Source: Epiperipatus broadwayi
Lineage: Eukaryota > Animalia > Onychophora
Direction of reading: 5' to 3'
Assembly: GCA_028023455.1 (NCBI GenBank)
Contig: JAQFVV010000006.1
Location: 7,068,001 to 7,132,000, forward strand
Length of the DNA stretch: 64,000 nucleotides
Below the pieces are notes generated by a model, which saw only the letters and a list, made by a program, of their open reading frames with translations, was not told the origin of the DNA and made no database searches. Each line of letters begins with the position of its first letter. Positions within the stretch are counted from its first letter, which is position 1. Both the position numbers and the translations under genes were made by a program. This document shows positions 49,285 through 62,500 of the stretch, one piece after another.

Positions 49285-51471
49285 ATATAAAATGTTAATA
49301 ACAAAATAATGCAAGAAAACACAATCTAAATTACTTGTTATAATTTAAAAATGTGTCTCTAAAATAAATAAATGAGTTTTTCTACTGATTGGAACTATTA
49401 AGTGTTTTGCTAAAATAAATAAATGGACTTTTCAGCTACATTCAAGCTCGTAAAAATTAACAGGTGGACAGAGTTTAAAAAGTATAAATACTTAAAGTTT
49501 TGTTACCAAGGATCGATCATATATATATATTAAGTGAACTTTAAGCCAAACCTATGCCGGTTTTACCTTAAAAATAATTGAGTAGGACAGCGACAGATCA
49601 CCTCTCAGCCCTTAGCCGGAGAATGGAGAACTTTGATCCAATGAAACCTAAAGCCATAACCAGCAAAAAGTAGTCCGTGAAAAATCTCTATTACCTTTAA
49701 ATCGTCAAAAGTGTCATCTTAATATCCTCCCAAGTGCTTCAAAACTAACTGCAATGGAAAACAACTGAATGATAAATTTTCTCTCAGAGCTCTGTTTATA
49801 AACTGTGACTTTCAATTCTTTCTTTTAAAAGCTAGCTATTTAATAAACCTGCCTTTCCTAAACACCTTTACTAAAATCTACAAAGAAGACTGTTAAATGC
49901 TAAATCTTGCCTGATTGTAAAACTTGAATTCTCTTTTAAAATGTAAAACTCGAATTCTCTTTTAAAATATAAAACTCTAATAATCTATTTTAAATGTATA
50001 TTTTCCTGCGGTCTGTTTATGCCTATTTCTAAATCTATTTAATTTATTCTATGATTTTATCATTTTAATATTATATGTATTTAATATGCCAAATGACTCG
50101 AAATTGCAAGTATTTATAAATATAATTTTAGCTTATCGATTTGTGAAGATAATTTCAAATCTTCACTATAATAAATATTAAATAATTGAACTATTATTCT
50201 TCATTCTCACTCGCTGTTTCGAGATCATATTATTATTTTACTGATTAATTCTTGGGTATTAATATTACAATAATCAGTTATCTAGTTATTTTGTGTAGTT
50301 TGGTTAATTCTAGTTATGAATTATAACTATTTATATATGTAACTCGCACTTCATAGGAACTAGCCATAGAGATATTCTCAAAGCATATTTTAATGTTTTA
50401 TTCGTAATCACCCCGCAAATATGCTTTGCCCTCCTTAGATTTATATATGTTGAGATGCAGGTGATAATATTAAACTAGGTTACGAATTAATTTAGTCCCT
50501 AAATAGTATCTTTAAAATACTAAATTTGAGAACTGGGTTGTATAGATATGCAAATAGACACTATCTAATTTTAAGGCACGATAGTATAATTTTACGCATT
50601 TGCATTATATATGTATAAGTTGCGGATGTGTCCTTACAAAGTACGCAATGTACACTTATCTGCTTGCTGCATGATTCTTGATGACGTGCTGGTGGGGACC
50701 ACACTCATCCACTTTAGTTTGGGTTAAAGCACATACTTTTAGGACTAGGGCACAAGGACCTAGATTATTCATAATGCTTATCCGACTACCTGAACTGCCA
50801 ATGTTCCTATTCGTAGCAAGTTGAGCGGTTTTAGGGCAAACCGAGCATTCGATGCTGAAGCCCATGAATAATGACCCATTTGCACCTTTTTGCTTAATTA
50901 ATATTTTAATGTGCCATAGAGGATATAGGTAAACCTATCATAAACCAGTTTTCTCTCCTTTTTATATTAAATGCTTTTCTAGCATTAGTGTATATCCTAA
51001 TCTAGGTTAACACGCGAACCTGCGTATCTCTGAGCCTAATTACATGCTCGAATTAACTTTGTATAGATAGACGCCATAAGAGCGTTATTAAGTTAGTTAT
51101 ATAACTTTGGCTATAAAGTTCCATATGATCTAGCAGACTACATAAGAGCTAGAAATTTGGCATATTAATTAACATAGGCATAAACTCTAATACCGCACTA
51201 CACTTATTAAACACTTATAATGAGATAGATAACATTAATCCCATTGGTTATTTAATGCCTGCGTGCGTAATATCTCACGTTTTCCATCACATAATTTTGT
51301 ATATTTTAATTTCACTATTAATTAATGTTTTATTAAATTTATCCAACTCTATATTAAATTGCACATACACCATTTCATATATATGTAGATCAGTCTGTTA
51401 AGTTCTATAATTAATTACTTAGCCATATGTGTATATGTCTGACCAAATCAGTGGAAAACTAGTTAATTTAA
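49285..51471. mobile_element. Unclassified 2.2-kb insertion flanked by TTAA
   Basis: Removing it and one TTAA rejoins the L1/Tx1 endonuclease in frame (FLNLHRHSIYPRSGSHPRCNKRLL|TTQTLIDLLF). No TIRs, LTRs or poly(A) were recognised. Confidence 0.6.
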
Positions 51472-51740
51472 GAGTCTCTTGTTGCACCGGGGGTGACTGC
51501 CAGACCGAGGGTAAATTGAGTGTCTGTGTAAGTTGAGGAATGTCATCCATGGGGTATTAAATCATTGAGCAGAGGTGAAAGGATTGAATGTTGGTCAGAT
51601 TCTGGATCCCAGTATCCGGATTTGATCAGCTTTAGTGTATTTTGCCTGTGTTCTAGATTTTGTTGCATGGAGGGACAATTCTTACTGTTACAGTATGTAC
51701 TGAACTCATTCTCTATTTTCTTTGCCTGTAATAGCTTCAA
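51468..51740 (-). pseudogene. Upstream part of the L1/Tx1 endonuclease, separated by the insertion
   Basis: In-frame continuation across the reconstructed junction. A probable frameshifted (G)DFN motif lies at about 51556-51568. Confidence 0.6.
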
Positions 51741-52011
51741 TAAATAAATAAAAAAAGTCAAATGGAGTTAAATTAATTATTTAAATTGACTGTATTTAAT
51801 AATAATAGATTTTAATTAAAGTTTAAAGTATATATCTGAGTTAGAAATGGTGTGATGAATTTCTAATCTAATAAATGATTAATAATCATCATTAGCAAAT
51901 AATTATTTTGAGGGAGGGGGAAATGTAACTGTATGATGTGACACCTTTAGATTAAATTGCAGTGCACTGATATTAATAAATACTGAGTAAGAACAATAAA
52001 ATTATTCAAGA

Positions 52012-52075
52012 GGTCATGATCTGGGCCATTTGAAAAGTGCTGGTTCAACATGAAATGCATCTTGGGGGTTATTTT
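52012..52075 (+). ncRNA. Decayed family A hammerhead motif
   Basis: ATGATCTGGGCCA-TTTGAAAA-GTGCTGGTTCAACAT-GAAA-TGCA-TC-TTGGGGGTTAT. The core is destroyed, but the palindromic stem III AUGCAU is kept. Confidence 0.55.
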
Positions 52076-52347
52076 ATCTTTTCAGACATCTTTATTCATA
52101 TGAACAAAGTATGCATGATGAAAGGAGAAGTTACATTTACCTTACGTTACTATATACAGTCTAGACATTTTCTTTTTCTATTTTTTCTTCTACAGTTAGA
52201 ATGCCCACATTCCATTTACTAATGTCTGCTAGTGATGATATGAATAGAAGTACTTTTGAGATTCTTTTTTTATATATCCCAAATAAACAATGGCATTTCA
52301 CCCATGCTGAGTCTTTATGAACACAATAGATACCACATGATCATCAT

Positions 52348-52389
52348 TCCTCACTGACGAAGGCCACAAGTCAGAAACTAGTCTGGGGA
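52348..52389 (+). ncRNA. Type I hammerhead ribozyme, family B (intact core); the repeat continues to about 52500
   Basis: UCCUCA-CUGACGA-AGGCCACAAGUCA-GAAA-CUAGU-C-UGGGGA. Stem I has 6 bp, stem III is palindromic (ACUAGU), and the GUC cleavage triplet ends at 52383. Confidence 0.8.
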
Positions 52390-55300
52390 TATTGGATGAG
52401 TAGGCACTAGATAGGGATTTTATGCACAAACCTTCTGGCATCCATTGATTACTCAGGCTTGCACTGAGTGGCACCACTATATGAAGAGTTTCGCCTGTTT
52501 TAACAATAGATATCTCAACAATTATAAAGTTTTTCATCAGCTTATTCTTTAATAATTCAAGCCATACTCTCTCTTAATATGCATTATTTGCTCATATCAA
52601 AATATTACAACTTTTACACAATAAGATCTACTCTATTAATTTTGAAGCATCTCATTTCACAATGATCTGTAATATGGTCACTTAATGGACATTCTTTCTC
52701 TTACAGCAAACTCCTTTTCTTGATCTGTTGAATTATTTAGTCCCTGGTGTTGGTATTTATAAACATTAATTTTTTAACTTTCATTTACAGTATCCTTTTT
52801 TTTACTGTAATTTTAAATGAACTAAATTTATAATGGAACTAACATTTCAAAGACAAAAGTATTTCTCTACATGCTATCTATAATAAGATTAGTAATCAGA
52901 GGTTACCAGATGTCCGGACCAATTTCTCTTATCAATGAGAATTAGAATTGAAGGCTGGAAAAAATGCAGTTATGTACATAGCAACACCTTTGAATTCATT
53001 TTACTATTTAAACTAAAAGCCTAAGATCCAAAACATCCTAAATTTTTGAATCCTAACCAACTTGCTGGAACAATTATGTAGATTGGACTCTAGATCAGCA
53101 ACTATATATTTTGGTATTCTAGAAATATTAATTATAACAAATCATGTATTCTTTATTTTACATAATATATGATAAAAATAAAAACTCTTCTTTCTGGTGC
53201 CAGAAATCCATCTGGGGGTGGGGATTTAAGTGCACTGTCACTGATTACTCAAAATTACTACAGGTGGTGCTAATATGAAGAGCTGACCTTGCTTTAGCAT
53301 ATATTGTGTAAGTAGAGAAAAAAATGATTTGTTATAAAATATTTTTGCATGTAGATATAATTTCTGTTATATTTTCACAGTAATGACAATTATTATTTCA
53401 AAGCATTGATCACAACTAATTCCTTTTTAATATCTACTTTTTCAATTATTCCATAACCTCTTTAAGTACCAAATGAATTCATTTTGTTTGGTGAATCACA
53501 TGATTTTTCAAAAACTAAATTTATACCAATCAAATTTATTCTATAATAGTTCAGTTGATATCTCGTATCTCATACTAACATTCATGGTCCAGGTTATTTA
53601 AAAATATTTTGCAGTTTTGTATTTAATACTCTGCTCTTAAAATTAGTGCCCACTACTTAAAGTTCAAGCCAAAGGTAAACCTCGGAAATATTTTATTTAG
53701 GTTAAGATCAATCTACAGATTTTTTTTCTTTTATATGGCAGATCAATAGTTAATGCAGATTGCCATCCAGTGTTGATCAGTAAAAGGATATCTAATTATT
53801 ATTAGATGCAAAATATTGAGCTCGGGTCAATCTACGATAAATAATATAGTACTGTCTGTAAAACCCCCCAAAATATGGCGGTAATGCTATTTTGCCTTTA
53901 CCACTAATGTGTGTGCGTACACATACTATACTTCTACAAATGTTGTATATGTTGACTAACTTTACATTTTCAAAACAAAACATATTTTCTGCACTTACCA
54001 TTTTAGTCTGTACGTAGATTTGACTATATTGATAAACTATTTTACAACTTTCACTCATCTATGTAGATTTAATTAAATCTGACTGGTTAAAGTCATTCAT
54101 TATATTTACTTTTTACTACAATTTCATCTACATGTGTCAAACTTCCCTGTACTGACATCTTTGACACCATCCATTTTACACAAGCGGATTAATGATTATT
54201 ACTAATCAATTATTAGGCTAGAGATTAACTTATCACTCCTAGCCCAGATAAAAACTTTAAACTCAATTAAAGATTAATATATTAGTTTTTAAAAAAAAAT
54301 TAAGCATAATCAAATGTATTACTACAACAACTTCAACTCTCTTTTTTCAATTTTATTATCTTTTTTAAAAGATATACTTGAAGCTTTTATTACTCCACAC
54401 TCTTTTAATAAAGACCCCTTTCAGATGTCTTTATTCCTACTTTTTAAGAATGTGTAAGTGAAATTTAAGTTTTAAATATATCTACAAATATATAGTTACT
54501 TTTGCCACTGTTCCATAAGCATGAATGACTAATAATAGAGATCACCTAGATTTTATATTACTACACTCTCAAAGACAATTTCCCATCGGGGAACTGTTGC
54601 TTTCTCACCTAAACCCCATAGTTTGGTTTATTTATTTATATATTTTAATCATAGGTTTCTGCATAATTATAAAGACTGTGATGTTCAATCCTATCAAAGA
54701 AATCATATGTAATCTTTTAAGAGATTTTGGTATGCAATATATGATTTTACATCTAGTGCTGAAGAAGGGCTTACATTCCTTTGAATATATCTTCTACAGT
54801 TTATTCTTATCTTCAAAAAATACAAAGAATTGGTACTTGTTTATTATCCTGTCTTCCAAGCTTGGAAGCCATTTTTTATTACACAGTTTCAGGGCACTTC
54901 AAGTATGTGGTTTTTTTAATTCAGTTTTATTTTACTGAATATGTGTAAGTTATTAAGTTTTAAAAAAATTAATAAATTGATTACAAATTCCATTCAGAAG
55001 GTTTATTTCATTTTTTTTGTTATTTATATTAAAATGTGTAAACACACTCTAAACATGTTATAGTTTGTTTGCATTCTGAAACTTTATTTTTGTCACTCTA
55101 CCATTTTTCAAAATGATGAAAGTTTGGGATGTTTCTTTGACAGAACAGCATGCAGTAAAGTATTTCAAAAGTATGGAATCCTAACCCTCATGTGCAATAA
55201 TGGGCATGAAATGACCCTTTATATTTCTTATATAAGTTGAAGTCTGCATTAATGAGAATTTTTATTCTTTTTATTCTATTATTAATTAAAAAGAAAGGAC

Positions 55301-55527
55301 TTTCATCTTTTCACATATGCATTGTATTAATTTATATAATAGCTCAATGCTGCTGTGTTGAGTACAGGAAAACTCTCAAACCCAAACACAAGATAGAGAC
55401 TTTACAAAGACAAGAGCAGCCATCTTATCTTTAATCTAAATTCTGATTTATATAGGCCAATCTGAAGCATCTTGTTTTGAGAGAGTGAAGATATTACTCT
55501 GTTCATTTTTCTTTTTTGATGATAACA

Positions 55528-55793
55528 AAAAAAAACTGTAAATATTAAATATAACCACTTCTGGTCAGTAATTTTGTTTTAAATGTTTATTGTATGCCCC
55601 TGAAATTGTATAATTAAAAAAAGGCTGCCTAGCTTGGTAGACAGGATAATACACAATACAAAAAAAAAACTGTAAATATAAAATACTACTGTTTCTTGTT
55701 AGTCATTTTGTTTTAAATAGTTATTGATGCCCCTGAACCTGTATAATTAAAAAATGGCTGCCAAGCTTGGTAGACAGAATAATACACAAGTAC
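55528..55793. repeat. Diverged tandem duplication, about 133-bp unit x2
   Basis: AAAACTGTAAATAT...ATGCCCCTGAA...GGCTGCCNAGCTTGGTAGACAG occurs twice. Confidence 0.85.
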
Positions 55794-56134
55794 CAAAAAA
55801 TGTTTAACCTTGAGTGCATAAAAAATCCATTTTATATTTCATTATTGCAAATAATAAATAGATCATGATTAACCATGCTAAGTATAAATAGACAATCCAG
55901 AAATGAAAATATTATAACCCCATCTTCTATATATTTAACAATTATAGCACAATCATGATTAATAGTATATTTTTACCACATAGCTATGGGCAACAATAGA
56001 GAGGTAGGGTTGAGGACCCAAAAGTTTTGATTCGACTACATCTGGAGCTTAAATATCACGATTCCCAGAGCAACAAATTATTAAAGTTTATTTATATAAA
56101 AACCATTATGGATAAATAAAGTTTGTATTTCAAA

Positions 56135-56365
56135 CAGATGTCATCGATTCACTGCAGGATAAAGGCCTCTCCAAGTTTAATCCAGTTTCTCTAATCTATA
56201 TATACCTTCCTCTACATCACACCAGCAAATTTCATTTTATCTATCCATCTCATACACGGTCTCTTTCCAGATCGTTTACAATAATTTGGGATATAGTTTA
56301 AAACTTTAACCGGTCATCTGTTATGATCTCTTCGAACAATATGCCCAACCCAGATTCATTTCAGT
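56135..56365 (-). mobile_element. Decayed RTE 3' fragment
   Basis: TCCACTGCAGGATAAAGGCCTCTCCAAG-type 3' end, colinear with 10680-10900. Confidence 0.75.
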
Positions 56366-56782
56366 CTCACCCCTATATTTTCTCTCACATATATATTTTG
56401 TTTGGATCTCTATTTGTTATTTCTAATATATGTCAAGTAAATATATATACTTCAAAACAAATAGAAATAGCTTTTAAAAAAAACCTGCAATATTTATAAA
56501 AACTGTTGAAAGTAATATAATCCTGATATCTCATCATTTCAGGCAAGTTTTTCAAATCGAATAAAATTAACAAAATGTAAGAAAAAATAACGGCTTAGTA
56601 GTTCATCATTTAATAATAATAATAATAACTGTTAAATTTCACTGTTGAAAACTTCTCATGACAGATTTTTTTTAAAAAAAAAAAAAAAAAAACACCACTT
56701 AATTCTTTCATTTTAAAACCTAAGTAAAATCAGAAATGGAGTTTATCCTTTTAGTTAAAAAAAAGCAATTTGTATTAAATAT

Positions 56783-57165
56783 ATCATCATCATCATCATC
56801 AACCACTATCAATCCACTGAAGGATGAAGGTCTCTCCAAGTTTAATCCATCTTCTCCGATCTTTAGCTTCTCTTTTCCACAACACCCCTGCACATTTTCT
56901 TATTTCATCCATCCATCTCACATGTGGTCTCTTTCTGGGTCTTTTACAATCTTTTGGAATCCAGTTTAAAATTTCAATTGTCCATCTGTTATCATTTCTT
57001 CTAGCAATATGTCCAGCCCAACTCCATTTCAATCTTTTAATTTTTTCAATAAGGTCAGTAACACCTGTTTGTTGTCTTACCCATACATTGCGTTTTCGAT
57101 CTCTTCTTGTTACTCCCAACATACATCTCTCCATACTCCTTTGAGTGGTCTGAAGTCTCTGTATT
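56783..57165 (-). mobile_element. 5'-truncated RTE copy, closely similar to 10647-11035
   Basis: ORF 56799-57134 is almost identical to the C-terminus of 10669-11409, and a (GAT)n tail is present. Confidence 0.92.
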
Positions 57166-57590
57166 TGTACTATTATAGTTTTCCTTTAAAATGATATAGG
57201 TTAGCAAATCCTCCATAAGAGATTACCTTAGCCCAAATATTTTCTGGTAAGCCTAAGCTTATTATCACATTAGTCTCATGCAAATAGAAACTGTTATTCT
57301 AATTTCAAAAAAAAAAAACAACCCGCCAACCATGATAACAATAACAATAATTCATAGAATTTATTGTTTTGTAATTATAAAACAAAATAAAAATATCCGT
57401 ATAACAGCTGTTATATAAAATAAATATTAAAAGCCTTTTTCAGTACACAATTTTATGTCCTTATCAATTGATAAACATCAGTTTTAACTGTGATGTGATG
57501 TACTGTAGTGTCTCCTTAAACGGAATCAAGAATCTCTCAACAATTATGCCCAGAGAAATCTGTTAGCCACTTTATTTTCCATTCCCCACT

Positions 57591-59845
57591 CTAAATTTTT
57601 CCATATTCTGCTCCATCCCATTTCCACAACATAATCTTTGTCAACTCTATGGCCTTTATATCTAAATCCCCCTTATCTTTTCCCAAACCCAGCATAAAAC
57701 CCAATAATCCACTTTCTGTATAATCACTTTTTTCATATTTATTCTTCCATAACTTCATTATTTGTATCCTTTCTGTTTTCAAAGATTTACATTCAATTAA
57801 CAGATGCCTAATATTTTCTATTCCTTCCTTACACAATTTACAGATTAAATCACCCATATTTTTCCATTTGCATGTATATTCTCTTGTTGCTAAAGATCCC
57901 ATTCGAGCCTTAAACAATAAACTACTTTCCTTACTATTATCATATATTAACTCGCACTTAATATTCTGTTTACTTCTATATATATTTAAACTCTTTTTAC
58001 TCTCCATACTATTTCTCCATCTCTCTAACTCCCTATTCTTTATTAATAAATCTATTCTTTTATCCCATTCCTTACTACAACAACACTCAACAATCCTCTT
58101 AACGCAATCATCCCATCTTTTGTACAAATATACTGATATAAATTCTTTATCCAAATCTTTTGCATACCGCATTACCTTTCTCACTCATTTTGTTACCTGC
58201 CCTTTACTCATAACCCAATTAAATACTATTTTAGCTACTCTTTTATTATCCATAAACTGCAATCTACCAAACATTTTCATTTTACTTTTTGCATCTCTCA
58301 TATGAAAACTTGACCATCCCATTTCTCCTTGAATTGCCTCTTTTGCTGTACATACATCTGCATCCAATGCATGTCTTCCTACTTCCCTTTGAACTTTTTC
58401 TAAGTAATTTAATACCTCTTTACTAACATATAATGCATCATCACCATATGTTAACCCTGCTACTGCAACTCCTTTCCATATAATTCTAACTACATGTGAT
58501 GTTGATGTGAAAACATTCAATTAACAAATGCCTAATATTTTCAATTCCTTCCTTACATAATTTACAAAACAAATCACCCATATTTTTCCATTTACATGTA
58601 TATTCTTTTGTAGCTAAAGATCCCGTTCGAGCCTTAAACAATAAACTACTTTCCTTACTATTATCATATATTAACTCACACCTAATATTCTGTTTATTTC
58701 TATATATATTTAAACTCTTTTTACTCTCCATACTATTTCTCCATCTCTCTAACTCCCTAGTCTTTATTAATAAATCTATTCTTTTATCCCATTCCTTACT
58801 ACTATAACACTCAATAATCCTCTTAACACAATCATCCCATCTTTTGTACAAATATACTGATATAAATTCTTTATCCAAATCTTTTGCATACCGCATTACC
58901 TTTCTCACCCATCTTGTTACCTGCCCTTTACTCATAACCCAATTAAATACTATTTTAGCTATTCTTTTATTATCCATAAACTGCAATCTACCAAACATTT
59001 TCATTTTACTTTTTGCATCTCTCATATGAAAACTTGATCATCCCATTTCTCCTTGAATTGCCTCCCTTGCTGTCCATACTTCTGCATCCAATGCATGTCT
59101 TCCTACTTCCCTTTGAGCTTTTTCTAAATAATCTAATATCTTTTACTAACATATAATGCATCATTACTATATGTTAACCCTGCTACTGCAACTCCTTTCC
59201 ATATAATTCTAGCTACATCATATTTATTATATGAAAACACTGTTAATTTCTTTATCAATCCCTTTCTTTTCTTTGCTTCATTTATCAATTTTTTCGTACA
59301 AGACGCCCATTCATCCAAATAATTTTTCTGATTACTTAAAATAATTCCCAAATAACTATATCTATTCACCACACTTAACTTAATATCTCCCAATAAAAAT
59401 TCTACATCTTCTCTTTCCTCAGTATTAACCATCATTATATTTGATTTTTCTTCACTAAATTTAATCCCCATCTCTTTACCCACCCTTGACATGTCCTCAA
59501 CATAACTTCCATATCTTCTCTTTTTCTGCACACAAAAATATATCATCTGAAAAAAAGACCTGACAAAATATATACTCCTTACACCTATTAACGTATCTCT
59601 ATCCCTCTTCCTAATCTTTCTATTGCTCTTTCCATTTCACTCAAATACAACACAAACAAAATAGGTGACATAGGGCATCCTTGCTTAGTCCCACACCATT
59701 TTTAACTTTAATTGATTCTATATTCTCTAATTGATATATATAATAATTATTTTCATATAATTTCTTAATAATATCTATTAAAGTCATCCATTCCCAAATT
59801 TGCTAAACTTATCCATAATCTATTTTTATTTACTCTTTTATATTT
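57591..59845 (-). mobile_element. Non-LTR retrotransposon remnant (RTE-X-like; clade uncertain): RT plus C-terminal domain, with a 724-bp internal tandem duplication
   Basis: YKRVNKNRLW, KQGCPMSP and FSDD (FADD-like); IWKGVAVAGLTY...IQGEMGWSSF; C-terminal CKLCKEGIENIRHLLIEC. Confidence 0.8.
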
Positions 59846-60762
59846 CTTTTTTTTATTTTTAAAAATTATTATTAATATTTTTTTTAAATTTCTTCTTATA
59901 TATATAATTTGTATAAATAAAAATAAAATATCTTTTTTTTCTATTTATTTATATATAATTTTTTCTTTTTTTTTCTTCAATAATAATTCTAACTACATCA
60001 TATTATTATACATAGAGCACCATCTATTGTTTTATAATAGAATTAACAACAATAATAATGAATAAAATAAAATGATGCATCTTTTGTAATTATGTTTGTA
60101 CAAATGAATATTTTCACTGTATATAATAATTTAATTTCTGAATCATTATTTTATTATTGTGAATATACTTGTGAAAACCAATGCATTCATTGCATATCAA
60201 AATTTCATTTCTTACAGCAGATTAATTGTGAATTTGATGTGAAAACAGTGAAAGTATAATTATACATTTACATTAATAATTAGAATGACATAGTACCAAA
60301 ACCTAATTATATATATATATTGAATTAAATGTTTATATTGATTTTATTATTTAGATATGAGAAGATAGTATCCATTAAATAGCGAAACATTTTAACTTTT
60401 GATATCACTAAGAAACTATCAGTTACTACTAATTGCCAATTTCTGAGGCAAAGCAAGTTTTTTTCATAATAGCTTTTTTGTTGGTGGGTATTTAAAGCAA
60501 AAAGGATCCTCTTTTACTTTAAACCCAAGTTCTAATATGGATTAAAACCCAGAAACCTATTTAAATACAGCTCTCTGGAGAAGTTAAAAATATTATTTAC
60601 AAAATATCAAGAAAGATATTATTCTTTCACATTCTTACACCTATAATAAATGGATTTAAATCAATACAAGAACTTAATGACATCAAAAATTAAAGCGTTT
60701 CTCTATTTAATAGATATGATCTTATTTCCTCATCTCTCTCTCTCTCTCTCTGTATTATATAT

Positions 60763-60925
60763 ATTAAATCATCCCACATGATTAAGAAATCCAGTACTGC
60801 CCTCTGTGAACTAATATATAAATACCATTTTGACCTGGGTATTTTGAAATACGAACTCTAATGTATTTATATATTAGTTCACAGAGGGCAATACTGGATT
60901 TCTTAATCATGTGGGATGATTTAAT
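60763..60925. repeat. Near-perfect hairpin, about 63-bp arms, about 37-nt loop
   Basis: ATTAAATCATCCCACATGATTAAGAAATCCAGTACTGCCCTCTGTGAACTAATATATAAATAC and its reverse complement differ at one position. Confidence 0.9.
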
Positions 60926-60929
60926 TGCT

Positions 60930-61510
60930 TAATATTTGTATATTTATTTCAGTATAGCGTTATGCACTGGGATTATTTTATATATAATACTGCAAATCAA
61001 TGTCTGCATTTCTTCAAAATAATGTACATAAACTTATAAATAAATAAAATATAGTAATTAAAATTTTTAAAAAGAACAAAAAATATAAACGTCACTTGGG
61101 AGCGCTTTCGATTATCTCATAGTCTTTGTCAACTAATACTTTGAAAGCCAACTTTCCCATAATTCCGTGATCTTAATGTTTGCTGCCTGCCTATCAATTA
61201 AGTCTTGCTTGTACTTATATATTAACACATCTTCCTTGATTTTTCTTTTATTATAACTGAAATCAAAGCCATATATACATGATTTATTATGGTCATAAAA
61301 ATGGCAGTTGATAAATTATCATTTTCTTTAGAATTTTGTTTCGTATTTTGAACTCTTTTTAATAACAAAAAGTGCTCTTTTGTTCTTTTCTTCAATGTGC
61401 ATCTCGATTCACCTATATATACACTACCACACCTACACATCCATTTATAAATGATACAATTTTTATTTGTAAATAAGATTTCATCTTTAGAGTTATTTAT
61501 TAATTTATTT
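60930..61510 (-). mobile_element. Penelope-like element 3' fragment (GIY-YIG remnant), minus copy
   Basis: CRCGSVYIGESRCTLKKRTKEH resembles the PLE endonuclease motif C-x-CG-x2-YIGET-x-R-x-L-x2-R-x2-EH. Reverse complement of about 62000-62500. Confidence 0.85.
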
Positions 61511-61699
61511 TATAATAAATAATAAGCATTAAGCTATTGCTTTGTAGCGCATGTGCAATAGCTTAATGCTTATTATTTATTACAGTTTATATACATTGCG
61601 CTATATAAAATAAATTGTTTAATTTATTTTATGTAGGTGGTGCATAAAATGCAATGTCATATATACCTTTATAAATTTTCCTTATGAAACTTGCCTGTT

Positions 61700-62500
61700 G
61701 ATTTGAAATATATGGCATTGATATCCAAATTTTATTATCAGAAGGATAAAGGCAAATATATTGAAATGTACTCTAATGAATTGTTAAATGTTGGATATAA
61801 TTATGATCATATTTATTATACTATTAAAAATTTTAATTCAAAATATAAATACAAAAATAAAAATGAAATTAATAATGATGTTAATTTTTCTGATAATAAA
61901 ATGTGAATATCCATACCATATATCTTGAATCAACAGGCAAGTTTCATAAGAAAAATTTATAAAGGTATATGTGACATTGCGTTTTATGCACCGCCTACAT
62001 TAAATAAATTAATAAATAACTCTAAAAATAAAACCTTATTTACAAATAAAAATTTGTATCATTTATAAATGGATGTGTAGGTGTGATAGCGGATATATAG
62101 ATGAGTCGATATGCACATTGGAGAAAAGAACAAAAGAGCACTTGTTATTATTAAAAAGAGTTCAAAATACGAAACAAAATTCTAAAGATGATAATTTATC
62201 AGCTTCCATTTTTTATGACCATTATAAATCATGTATATATGGTTTTGATTTCAATTATAATAATATAAACCTATTGGAAATTGAAAGAAATAATAATAAA
62301 AGAAAAATCAAGGAAGTATGTTAATATATAAATACAAGCAAGACTTAATCAATAGACAGGCAGAAATGTTAAGATCATGGAATTATGGAAAAGTTGACTT
62401 TTCAAAGTTTAGTTGACAAAGACTACAAGGATACTCGAAAGTGCTCCTAAGTGATGTTTATATTTTTTGTTCTTTTTAAAATTTTTAATTACTGTATTTT
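61700..62500 (+). mobile_element. Penelope-like element 3' fragment (linker plus GIY-YIG remnant), plus copy
   Basis: LLNVGYNYDHI...ISIPYI...IAFYAPPTLNKLI, then CRCDSGYIDESICTLEKRTKEH...LLEIERNNNKRKIKE. Confidence 0.85.

Noticed and set aside
50656-50865. 69-aa Cys-containing ORF as a novel cargo gene
   Set aside because: It is short with no recognisable motif. It is mentioned only as part of the unclassified insertion.
53195-53260. GCCAGAAATCCATCTGGGGG (and GCAAAACTCAGTCTGGGGA at about 30310) as further family B hammerheads
   Set aside because: Only the GAAA-to-stem-I half is faintly similar. There is no CUGANGA and no flanking family B homology.
54763-54800. CTGAAGA-AGGG...CCTT-TGAA hammerhead-like string
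   Set aside because: It has no GAAA, no stem I and no NUH in register, so chance is likely.
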